Shown here in pieces: positions 1-7,809 of a DNA stretch of 17,202 nt. Positions within the stretch are counted from its first letter, which is position 1. The number at the start of each line of letters is the position of its first letter. The position numbers and the translations under genes are program-made. Origin of the DNA: Candidatus Sigynarchaeum calidifontis (GTDB lineage Archaea; Asgardarchaeota; Lokiarchaeia; Sigyniarchaeales; Sigyniarchaeaceae); the NCBI GenBank assembly GCA_030587475.2, contig JAUQYZ020000151.1, positions 1 through 17,202 of the forward strand, given 5' to 3'. The notes beneath the pieces were generated by a model, which was not told where the DNA came from, ran no database searches, and saw only the letters and a list, made by a program, of their open reading frames with translations.

Positions 1-576
1 TTATCGGGGGTGGTGGCGACCCGGGAGGACATCAAGGAGCTCATTCGCGAGATGGACAAGCGCTTCGAGGCCATGCAGCAGCAGATGGACAAGCGCTTCG
101 AGGCCATGCAGCAGCAGATGGACAAGCGGTTCGAGGCCATGGACAAGCGGTTCGACAAGATCGATGCCACGCTGCTCGTGATGCAAAACAAGACCGGTAC
201 CGAGCTGGAACGCTTGATTCTCGGAATTATGCAAACCACCCTCCAGATGCACAACGTGGATCCCGCCAAGCTCCGCAAGGAACCGCTCGTGGACAAGGAG
301 GGCGTGGTCTTCGCGTCCGAATACTCGACCGACATCGACGTGCTGGTCGAGGATGGCAACGTATATCTCGTCGAGGTGAAGGCGACGGCGGATAACCGGG
401 ACGTGCAGCACTTGCTGGACAAGGCACGACTGTACGAGCACCTCGCACGGCGCAAGATCAGCGGATTGCTGCTGGTCACGCTCCGCATCAACCGGGTAAA
501 CCACGATTTCGCCGTGCGGAAGGGAATCCGCGTGATTGCTGGCGAGATCACGTCGCCGGGATCGACAAGCGCGTGA
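1..576 (+). CDS. Coiled-coil repeat protein with C-terminal PD-(D/E)XK nuclease-like domain (DUF3782/DUF1626-like); may start upstream of the window
   Basis: The frame is open from base 1 (tta tcg ggg gtg), so the GTG at 10 may not be the true start. MDKRFEAMQQQ repeats are followed by TDIDVL...YLVEVK, matching the D...E-x-K catalytic pattern. Confidence 0.8.
   Translation, partial: LSGVVATREDIKELIREMDKRFEAMQQQMDKRFEAMQQQMDKRFEAMDKRFDKIDATLLVMQNKTGTELERLILGIMQTTLQMHNVDPAKLRKEPLVDKEGVVFASEYSTDIDVLVEDGNVYLVEVKATADNRDVQHLLDKARLYEHLARRKISGLLLVTLRINRVNHDFAVRKGIRVIAGEITSPGSTSA
52..155 (+). repeat. Intragenic tandem repeat: two 33-bp units plus a 21-bp and a partial unit
   Basis: atggacaagcgcttcgaggccatgcagcagcag occurs at 52-84 and 85-117, atggacaagcggttcgaggcc at 118-138, and atggacaagcggttcga at 139-155. 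Confidence 0.95.
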
Positions 577-601
577 TTTGGGGTGATGTAGGTGGTATCG
601 T

Positions 602-1084
602 CTAGGCGATCAAGGCCCCGCCGACGCGCTGGAAAAATGGAGAGCCACGGTCACGAAGTGGCTCGCCGCGTTTGCCGCGGACACGAAATAATGGTGCGTC
701 ATGAGTCTGAAGCACTCCCGGGTTGCCCGGGCCGACGGCAACGTTGATGTCGTGGAACCACGTGTCCAGGCTGCGAAGCTGGAGATAGCGGTACAAGCCG
801 GTCTGCTGGCCCTGGGCGATGGCGGGGTGCGCTCGCAGCAAGATGAATTGACCGCCCATCAAGGGCAATGCTTGGACGACCAGCCCGTCGCCATGCGCTC
901 GGTCGTAGGCAACGTCGGGGCGGTTCAAGAACGTCTCCACGGCGGTCGCCAGGTCGCCCAGCGGCGCGATCCGGGCTACCGCGGGCGGGTTCACGTGCCC
1001 CGTGTCCACGTCCATGTAGAGCGCGCTGGCGACGCCGGGGCGCGCGGGGTCGCTGGACACGACCCGCAGCTCGTGCCAGAGATA
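602..1084 (-). pseudogene. Hypothetical protein, probably a 5'-truncated fragment (ORF track calls 602..1060 from GTG)
   Basis: The translation looks protein-like and the DNA is GC-rich. The frame stays open to a stop at 1085-1087, right at the GC break, with no convincing start codon or RBS. Confidence 0.45.
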
Positions 1085-1433
1085 TCAAGGCTATTTCGAG
1101 CAAGGCGATACGCCAGTTCAAAAATACAAAGGGGATGACATCATCAGGAGCGCGATAGGTTCAATGAAAACGACGAATAGTAATTTCGTCAATGGTAGCC
1201 TTGTGCTAACTTCCAAAGCCCTCGTATTTTATGATAAAGAAGTCGAAGATATATGCCCACTCGTTGCTGTGGCGAGCGTTGATCTTATAAAAAGAAGCTC
1301 AATATTCATCATCACGCTCAAGAACGGCGGCAAGAAACAATACTGGACTCACGATGCGATTACATGGGCTGCAGAGATAGAAAGCCTGATTGATGAGAGA
1401 AAGATTAGATATGCTGCTCCTCCTGATCTTTGA
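1080..1433 (+). CDS. PH/GRAM-like domain protein, probably 5'-truncated (ATG at 1164 may be internal)
   Basis: The frame reads open upstream of 1164 as ...GDDIIRSAIGSMKTTNSNFVNGSLVLTSKALVFY...WAAEIESLI. The G-x-L-x-LT-x3-L-x-F strand motif and a C-terminal helix with W are typical of PH-like folds. The DNA is AT-rich. Confidence 0.55.
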   Translation, partial: RYQGYFEQGDTPVQKYKGDDIIRSAIGSMKTTNSNFVNGSLVLTSKALVFYDKEVEDICPLVAVASVDLIKRSSIFIITLKNGGKKQYWTHDAITWAAEIESLIDERKIRYAAPPDL

Positions 1434-1454
1434 TCGACACGTCAGGCGCTCATT

Positions 1455-2522
1455 TCACGAGATCGCGTGAAATGTTTCGATGACGACCGCCCAATGGATG
1501 CTGCCATCGGCATTCACGAGGTACCATTGCTCCCAATCATCCCAATTGCCGCACAAAGAGCCGCAGTAATGGGCGTTCGAGGCTTCCAGGTGCACCAGGT
1601 ACCCGCTCGCGAGGGTGACCGAAGCGGGCGTGGCGGACGGGATCGGGTGCAGCGACGCGTTCATGAACATGGGGACGGGCGCGCCGGTGTCGTGGTACAC
1701 TGTCGGTGGATACTCGACCACGTTTGTCCCGTTCACCCTGCACGTGAATGTCTTGTTGGTGTAGGTGAAGGTGATGTTTCCCGTCACCCGTCCCCCGGCC
1801 AGCGAGTAGGTAAACCGTCGATAGGGCCTGGCGGAATACAAGATGGGCATGGTGTCTGGGATTGTCGTGCATGCCTGGCCGGCATAGAATTCAAGCGATG
1901 TGCCCGAGAAATAGAAGGAAAACCACCCGTCTCCTGCCGGGATCGCGCACCAGTTGTAACCCGCCGACGCGTTGAAGCCCTCCACCGCCGCGATCACCAC
2001 GGTCGATTCCGGGCCGCTCACGGCACGCGTGATGGTGCACCCGCTCCAAAACATCGGCCGGAAGAACACGCGGTCCACCAGGACCGGGCTCGATGCGAGG
2101 AACGCGGCGATGACTATCAAGGCCGCCCGTTTTCGGCGCATCGATGCATCCTCTCGTCGCTCGTGCGCGATGAACCAGTACCCCGCGGCGCACGATAGCA
2201 CGATGCCCGGGCCGAAGAAAATCACCGTTTCCAGGCTGGTGGTCAAAGCCAGGTAGGCCAGGAACAAGGCGGGGATCCACGCGATCGCGGGCGCGCTCGG
2301 CTTCACCTTCGCGCGGCCTTTCCGGTCCCTGATGGCAAGCCAAACGACCGAGGACGCGATGGTTGCCATCGAACCGGCGAATAAAATGGGGGGTGTAAAC
2401 TCGGCATCGAACCACCAGAAGCGGAACATGACCGCGTTCGTGGCGTGGAACAGCGCGCCGCCAACCGACAAGCCGATGCCTACCCAATGCAAGACCGCAC
2501 GGGGCCGGGGGATTCCATCCAT
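1455..2522 (-). CDS. Hypothetical membrane protein: about 5 N-terminal TM helices and a beta-rich, probably extracellular C-terminal domain with YCGSLCG
   Basis: Long ORF (track 1455..2645). The start at 2522 is preferred because GAGGGTGAGG lies just upstream and an ATATATAT box lies at about 2576-2583. Confidence 0.75.
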   Translation of the reverse strand: MDGIPRPRAVLHWVGIGLSVGGALFHATNAVMFRFWWFDAEFTPPILFAGSMATIASSVVWLAIRDRKGRAKVKPSAPAIAWIPALFLAYLALTTSLETVIFFGPGIVLSCAAGYWFIAHERREDASMRRKRAALIVIAAFLASSPVLVDRVFFRPMFWSGCTITRAVSGPESTVVIAAVEGFNASAGYNWCAIPAGDGWFSFYFSGTSLEFYAGQACTTIPDTMPILYSARPYRRFTYSLAGGRVTGNITFTYTNKTFTCRVNGTNVVEYPPTVYHDTGAPVPMFMNASLHPIPSATPASVTLASGYLVHLEASNAHYCGSLCGNWDDWEQWYLVNADGSIHWAVVIETFHAIS

Positions 2523-2575
2523 GGCCTCACCCTCGCTGATGCATCTAGCAACCACGCTTTCTTCTCGAAGCATGA

Positions 2576-2689
2576 ATATATATGCTTGGTGGTGCACCAA
2601 CCGCCCGGGCGCGGCGTTCACGTGCGCGGGCGCGAGCGTGAGCATGTTCGCTACGTGTCACCACGTGCTATCACGTGCCGCTTCACGAG
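2576..2689 (-). promoter_or_regulatory. Putative promoter region with a TTGGT-N5-ACCAA inverted repeat and phased YACGTG boxes
   Basis: AT box at 2576-2583; inverted repeat at 2586-2600; CACGTG at 2619, TACGTG at 2652, CACGTG at 2662 and 2672. Confidence 0.35.
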
Positions 2690-2723
2690 GTTCATTCCCT
2701 CTGGATACATGCAAGACGCGAGG

Positions 2724-2737
2724 AAAAATGAAAAAAA
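2724..2737 (-). terminator. Archaeal-type oligo-T terminator
   Basis: T7 and T5 runs on the minus strand just after the stop of the 2745..3530 gene. Confidence 0.45.
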
Positions 2738-2744
2738 GGGATGC

Positions 2745-3530
2745 TCAAGACGATGTCCGCAAACCGCGCCAGTACAACAGCGCGGCGATCGCCTGGATCG
2801 CGTACCCGAGCACGACATCGTATTCCACGGGGGTCCCGGCGATCTGGTGGATGATCGCGAGCTCGACGATGTTCAACGTGAGCAAGAAACCGATGTAGAA
2901 CAGGATGGACGCGAAGATGATGGATAGCGACCGCTTGCGCAAGTCCCCCGCCGACGTCGACGCGAGCTTGATGTTGATGCCGATGTTCAGGACCAGCCCG
3001 AGCAACATGCCTCCCACCGTGCCGATCGTGACGATGTCCGTGTAGAGCGAGTAACTGACGGCGGGGATGTAGATCGGGATCGTGGCAGCAGCGATCGCAA
3101 AGAGATATATCGTCGCCGGGATCCTCTTCCAGTTGAGCGCGAGTTCCAGGGGATAGACCTGGGCCGCGAGGAGGAGCATGAGGATGGCGAGCCCGATGAG
3201 GTACAGCGGGTTCGCCAGGTTGGGGAGGATAAGACCATAGGCCGGCGTGATACCGTATAACACGTCGAATTCTTTACCGATCTTGCTGATGAAGCCGCCG
3301 CCCGCGGTGAAGACATGAAGGCCTTGATCGACGATGCCCATGGCACCATAGAAGGACAAGAAACCAAAGAAGAGGGCATAACCGAGGGCGAACTTGTTGG
3401 GCAATCCATCTTTTTTCGATTTCGCGTAGTTCTTTCGGAAAAAAAGGGCGAGCATGAAATATACAATGAAGATCGCAACGCGGCCAACGAGCACGCTCCA
3501 TGATTCCGTGGTTTGTACCTGTAACAACAT
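2745..3530 (-). CDS. Orphan seven-transmembrane protein with no soluble output domain
   Basis: Seven hydrophobic segments by eye; basic loops (RKNYAKSKK, DLRKRS); AGGTGA RBS upstream of the ATG. Confidence 0.8.
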   Translation of the reverse strand: MLLQVQTTESWSVLVGRVAIFIVYFMLALFFRKNYAKSKKDGLPNKFALGYALFFGFLSFYGAMGIVDQGLHVFTAGGGFISKIGKEFDVLYGITPAYGLILPNLANPLYLIGLAILMLLLAAQVYPLELALNWKRIPATIYLFAIAAATIPIYIPAVSYSLYTDIVTIGTVGGMLLGLVLNIGINIKLASTSAGDLRKRSLSIIFASILFYIGFLLTLNIVELAIIHQIAGTPVEYDVVLGYAIQAIAALLYWRGLRTSS

Positions 3531-3596
3531 CTTTTCGATTCACCTTCGGATGCATGTATCGATTAACAAGTCAATATAGTCATTTTCATCACGTTT

Positions 3597-4772
3597 TCAT
3601 TTTTGTTGCTTCCGCCCGTCCGACACCCACCACGCGAGCACGATGATGGCCTCGTGGAGGGCCAGGACGATGCCCACGATCCAGAAGACAGGCGCGATGG
3701 CGATCGCGTACCCCGTGCTTGGACCGACGGAAAAGCTCACGTTCGACTCGAAGAAGACGTTTGCAAGTGCTCCCAGGCAGCCGTGAATGATCCCCAAGGC
3801 GAGCAAGTTGCGGTTCTTGTCCTTCATGTAGAGCCACGACAAGATCACGCCGAGCAGCCACGTGAACCCCACCAGGTACCAGCTCGGCACGTGGATCAAG
3901 CCGAAATATGACCCGGCGAGCAAGGAGACCCAGAAACGCTTCACGTACATGCCCCGTGCCTCCTGCTTGGTCGGGTTGCCCGGTTCCTTGGCTTCGACGG
4001 CCGGGCCGAATGCTTTCTGGAACCGCATGCCGAAATAGCCCGCGAAGAGGAATTGCTGGAGGGCGCCCCAGAAGATGTACCCCGCGAAATTCAGCGCGAA
4101 GTTTCCAAGATCAAACCTGTCCAAGCCGGAAGGATCGAGGGCTATACCGGTCAAGAATAATGGCACGCCGAGAGCCACTATCACGACGAGGGCAACCTTG
4201 AGAGCGTTTAGGAAGTTATCATAGCGGATGAGAAACGTGGCCACGAAAAACCCCGCGACCATGCCAAGCCCGATGACCCCCAGCGTCCCGCCTGGACTTG
4301 CTAAAAACGATGCGGCATCCGCGGAACTCATGTTAAAAAGTGCATCTGCTATTTCTTCCCATAAAAAATAAAACGCGACCGCACCAATAACAAGGAACAA
4401 GCACACGACGAAGAGCGCGATCACGCGGGGCTTGCCACCAGATCTTATCTTCTTGAAAACGTACATGGGATTGCCCAGGCCCCACCCGTTGATCGTGTCC
4501 CGGTGGATGAATGGGCTCACGAAGATGGCAATGGCCAAGCACCCGATGAGGACATAGGCGACGGTCGGGCTTTCTCCTGCAAGCTCCAGCGGATACCACA
4601 CGCCCCACATGAGCACTTGCAACAACGACATGAGCAAGACGGGCTCGGCAAGGTTCCATGCCCGTCCCTTCGTTTCTTGCACCCACGCGCCCGCCGTGTT
4701 CAACACTCTGGGACCAGGCTGATGTGGTGGGGGTGCCCTGTTTTCTTGCGAAGCCGCTTGTACTCCTTCCAA
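3597..4772 (-). CDS. CPBP (Abi/Rce1, type II CAAX protease) family intramembrane protein with variant motif 1
   Basis: ALQQFLFAGY sits where EExxxR normally is, followed by FGLIH (FxxxH) and IIHGCLGALAN (His motif 3). The TTG start is preceded by GGTGA and a TTTAATA box at about 4807-4813. Confidence 0.75.
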   Translation of the reverse strand: MEGVQAASQENRAPPPHQPGPRVLNTAGAWVQETKGRAWNLAEPVLLMSLLQVLMWGVWYPLELAGESPTVAYVLIGCLAIAIFVSPFIHRDTINGWGLGNPMYVFKKIRSGGKPRVIALFVVCLFLVIGAVAFYFLWEEIADALFNMSSADAASFLASPGGTLGVIGLGMVAGFFVATFLIRYDNFLNALKVALVVIVALGVPLFLTGIALDPSGLDRFDLGNFALNFAGYIFWGALQQFLFAGYFGMRFQKAFGPAVEAKEPGNPTKQEARGMYVKRFWVSLLAGSYFGLIHVPSWYLVGFTWLLGVILSWLYMKDKNRNLLALGIIHGCLGALANVFFESNVSFSVGPSTGYAIAIAPVFWIVGIVLALHEAIIVLAWWVSDGRKQQK

Positions 4773-4869
4773 CTTGATATCACCAATGTCTCAATCAACG
4801 AGACACTATTAAATTCGATGACACGCCACTCGATCGCCCTGGAACATCACGACGTGGACATGAATCGAA

Positions 4870-6345
4870 TCAGCCAACGTTCCCTTGGTCATTAACACCA
4901 ACATGCACGTTTTTATTTTTTGAATGCCCGTTCTTGCCATTGCCATTCTTCTTGCCCTCGCGCAGCAGGATCTCGTGCAAGATCTTGTAGATCCCGCTAG
5001 ACTTCACGTTGAAAATCGGCTTGGCCTTCAAGTTGATCTCCTTGATGCGGGGGAGGTAGATGGCGATGAACACGCCCCGCGTGATTCCAGAAAGCAAGAA
5101 GAGGAGCAAATAGCTGCCACTACCGAAGACGGCCGGTGGAAACATTGCAATCAACGTGCTGCCGAGAAATCCTCCGGCGATTTGACCAAGTCCCACGACA
5201 AGCGTGTAATAAGCCACGTATGCCCCGCGCTTTTGCACGGGCACGCTGTCGTAGATGAAATTGGACGTGGCAAGGTTGAACGCGGTCCACCCGATACCGC
5301 CCCAGACTTGTGGCCAGAGCGCCACGGCGAGGGGCGTCGTGGTGAACATCCACATGATCGGCAGGGTGGGCACGATGATCGCACCGAGCCGCATGAGCCG
5401 GACGTTCCCGCACTTGTCCCCGATCTTTCCTGCGATGGGGAAAGCCACGATGGCAACTACCGAGTTGACCACGCCCATGAGGATGTAGGTCACGTAATCG
5501 AAGCCGAGGCCTCCTTCTGCCACGGGTTTCAACATGTACACCCCGAAAAAACTTCCACCTATCCATTGCCCGAGGGTGATAAGCATCACGAGGAGCGTGA
5601 ACTGGCCGAAATTGGTCCTCGGGAGATCGCGAATGAATTCCCGTAAAGTCACGTGGTTTTCCTTGGTGATGACCAGCGGCGGGTAATGATGTTTCCAGAA
5701 CAAACCCCAAGAGATGAATCGCATGGCGAAACTGAGCAAGAAGAGCATGACAAAACCGAAGATAAGTGTGCCGCGAGCCTGGAAATCTTGCAGCCACGTG
5801 GATAGAGCGAGCGCCAGTGCCACGGACGTCGCGGTCGTGATCAAGTTTCGCTTGCCAAAATACCGTCCACGGCGATCCGTTGGCACGATGTCGCCCATGT
5901 TCGAGATCCATGCCGGTCCTATGAAGCCCCCGCTGAATTGATTGATGCTCGTGAACGCGAGCAAGAACCACGACAAGAAGCCCCACGCTCCTGTCGAAAG
6001 CATCGCGACATTCGCCGTTCCAAGTAACATGCCCGCTGCCACGACCATGCCTCCTATCCCGCGGCGGATAATTTTCCCCCTGGCCTGTGAATACATGCGA
6101 TGGCTGCCCGCGACTTGTCCAAGGGGGGCCACGATGCCAGGCAAGGCAGTGAGCACGCCGACTTGAAAAGGTGTCGACCCGATCGCGAGAGCGAAGGGAA
6201 CGAGGAAATTGTCATTTACCGTGTTACTCCCAATGCCGAAACAGCCCTCCATGATGGAGACCCGCATGGTCTTGTCTTTCTTGGACGATTCATCCGCGCC
6301 CTGTGATGGCATGTCGAGTCTATCTTGCACGGGTTCTTGCACCAT
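4870..6345 (-). CDS. Major facilitator superfamily transporter
   Basis: About 12 TM helices in two halves; GDIVPTDRRGRYFG, GKIGDKCGN (motif A-like) and DSVPVQKRGAY loop motifs. Confidence 0.9.
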   Translation of the reverse strand: MVQEPVQDRLDMPSQGADESSKKDKTMRVSIMEGCFGIGSNTVNDNFLVPFALAIGSTPFQVGVLTALPGIVAPLGQVAGSHRMYSQARGKIIRRGIGGMVVAAGMLLGTANVAMLSTGAWGFLSWFLLAFTSINQFSGGFIGPAWISNMGDIVPTDRRGRYFGKRNLITTATSVALALALSTWLQDFQARGTLIFGFVMLFLLSFAMRFISWGLFWKHHYPPLVITKENHVTLREFIRDLPRTNFGQFTLLVMLITLGQWIGGSFFGVYMLKPVAEGGLGFDYVTYILMGVVNSVVAIVAFPIAGKIGDKCGNVRLMRLGAIIVPTLPIMWMFTTTPLAVALWPQVWGGIGWTAFNLATSNFIYDSVPVQKRGAYVAYYTLVVGLGQIAGGFLGSTLIAMFPPAVFGSGSYLLLFLLSGITRGVFIAIYLPRIKEINLKAKPIFNVKSSGIYKILHEILLREGKKNGNGKNGHSKNKNVHVGVNDQGNVG

Positions 6346-6493
6346 GCTTCACACCGCATCAACGCGCTCGCGTTCGAGGGGGAAGACAAGTTCGCGTCGC
6401 TGATGAGAAATCCAATGCACCTAAGCTTAAAGGCAAGTCGCGAGCGCATCGGAAACCTTGGACCAGATCCAGGAAAAAACTTCGCATTTGCTT

Positions 6494-6505
6494 AAAAGAA
6501 AAAAA
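6494..6505 (-). terminator. Oligo-T terminator
   Basis: T7-C-T4 on the minus strand about 30 bp after the stop of 6536..7642. Confidence 0.4.
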
Positions 6506-6535
6506 CCTCAAAGCTGAGGCCGTGGAAATGAAGCC

Positions 6536-7642
6536 CTATTTCTTCGCAGTTAATGCTTCCGGCCTCTCGAGCCGGGACTTTTTCTTGTTCTTGATGCGAG
6601 GGACGAGCGCGAACAGCCCCCAGCCCGCGAGTGAGCCCAGGTATTCTGCCATTGGAATAGCAATCATGGCGAATGCCTTGTTCCAGCCGATCATGGTGAA
6701 CGTGATGATGGCGATGGCGATGTATGCCGCCAGCAGGCTGAAATGCACGGCTTTTCTCTTGGTCAAGCCGAATTGCTGCGTGAACACGAACATGCCCATG
6801 AAGCCGAAGAAAAAAATCGGCCATGACAGGCCAGACGATGACGCGTTCCTGATGTAATCGCTCTCGATCGCGACCGTCGTACCATGGAGCCAGACGAATG
6901 CTTCGAGGAACAAGATCCACTTGCGGCCCAGGTGCACCTTGAGCAAGAACGTGGACGACTGGAACAGCAGCAAGAACATGTACATGAACCCGAAGAACAT
7001 GGCAAGCGAGCCATCCATCGGGTGGAACCAGAACGTGTACACGAGTGCCCATTGGATGTAATACCCGTGCCACTTGTATAAGCCATTCATGGCGTCCTTG
7101 CCGATGGGCAGCTTTTTCCCCCAGATGAATCCGCGGCGCGCGTTCTCCATGAGCAAGATGAGCAAGAGCATCAAGATGACCGAGAATTGGCTCGTCCAGA
7201 TGGGCACGTCTTGCGCGAGGCCGTCGTACCATACTTGTGTCTGCACGAGATGGAGTACCACGAAGGCAAGGTTCACGAGAAGGATGACATAATGGTCCTT
7301 GTCAGGATCGTCCGACCATTGTGGCTTTCGTTCTCCGAGCTTCTTCATTACTCGCCAGGTCAACACCCAGAGCGTGATCTGGTGCGCCAGGTAAAATGTC
7401 CATGCCGTGAACCGTGGCCAGAAGAATTCCGCGGGCAATTGCCAGTAATACCACGTGGCGCCGAAGTCCGGCCAGAACGTGCCGTATATCCCTTCCATGC
7501 GTGATTGTAACCCAATGCTGAAGAACCACAGCACGAACGTGAATCCAATGCTGAACGCGATGCCGATCCAGAGCAATTTCTGGTCGGCTTTCAATCCTTT
7601 TTGTGTATTTTCGTTTCTATCCGTCTCGATTGTACTCTTCAT
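6536..7642 (-). CDS. Polytopic membrane protein of unknown function, rich in His, Trp and Tyr
   Basis: About 10 TM helices; blocks that look conserved: WYYWQLP, YLAHQ, LHLVQTQVWYDGLAQDVP, ENARRG, WHGYY, YTFWFHPM, WLHG; AAGGAG RBS. Confidence 0.85.
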   Translation of the reverse strand: MKSTIETDRNENTQKGLKADQKLLWIGIAFSIGFTFVLWFFSIGLQSRMEGIYGTFWPDFGATWYYWQLPAEFFWPRFTAWTFYLAHQITLWVLTWRVMKKLGERKPQWSDDPDKDHYVILLVNLAFVVLHLVQTQVWYDGLAQDVPIWTSQFSVILMLLLILLMENARRGFIWGKKLPIGKDAMNGLYKWHGYYIQWALVYTFWFHPMDGSLAMFFGFMYMFLLLFQSSTFLLKVHLGRKWILFLEAFVWLHGTTVAIESDYIRNASSSGLSWPIFFFGFMGMFVFTQQFGLTKRKAVHFSLLAAYIAIAIITFTMIGWNKAFAMIAIPMAEYLGSLAGWGLFALVPRIKNKKKSRLERPEALTAKK

Positions 7643-7694
7643 GAAAACCCTCTCCTTCCGTGGTGAGCGGTACGTGACAGTTTACATGCCGTTT

Positions 7695-7747
7695 CAATAT
7701 CTTGTCGCTTATCTGCAATATCTTGCCCGGGCACGACCCTTATCTGC
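7695..7747. promoter_or_regulatory. Direct repeats in a divergent promoter region
   Basis: caatatcttg at 7695 and 7716; cttatctgc at 7708 and 7739; GCAA-N4-TTGC at 7715-7726. Confidence 0.35.
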
Positions 7748-7809
7748 GGCAACACCACGTAATTATGTTCATATAGATAAACTGCATATCTATCCACGCG
7801 CATGGGAAC

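Noticed and set aside
52-155. 33-bp direct repeats as a CRISPR array
   Set aside because: The units are contiguous with no spacers, are in frame inside a CDS, and no cas genes are present.
699-1158. Alternative ORFs 699..1121(-), 701..1138(+) and 868..1158(+)
   Set aside because: They overlap the better-supported 602..1084 frame, two are Arg/Pro-rich shadow translations of GC-rich DNA, and all cross the composition break.
2745-3530. 7TM protein as a microbial rhodopsin
   Set aside because: Helix 7 has no Lys (no DxxxK or SxxxK), and helix 3 has no RYxxW motif.
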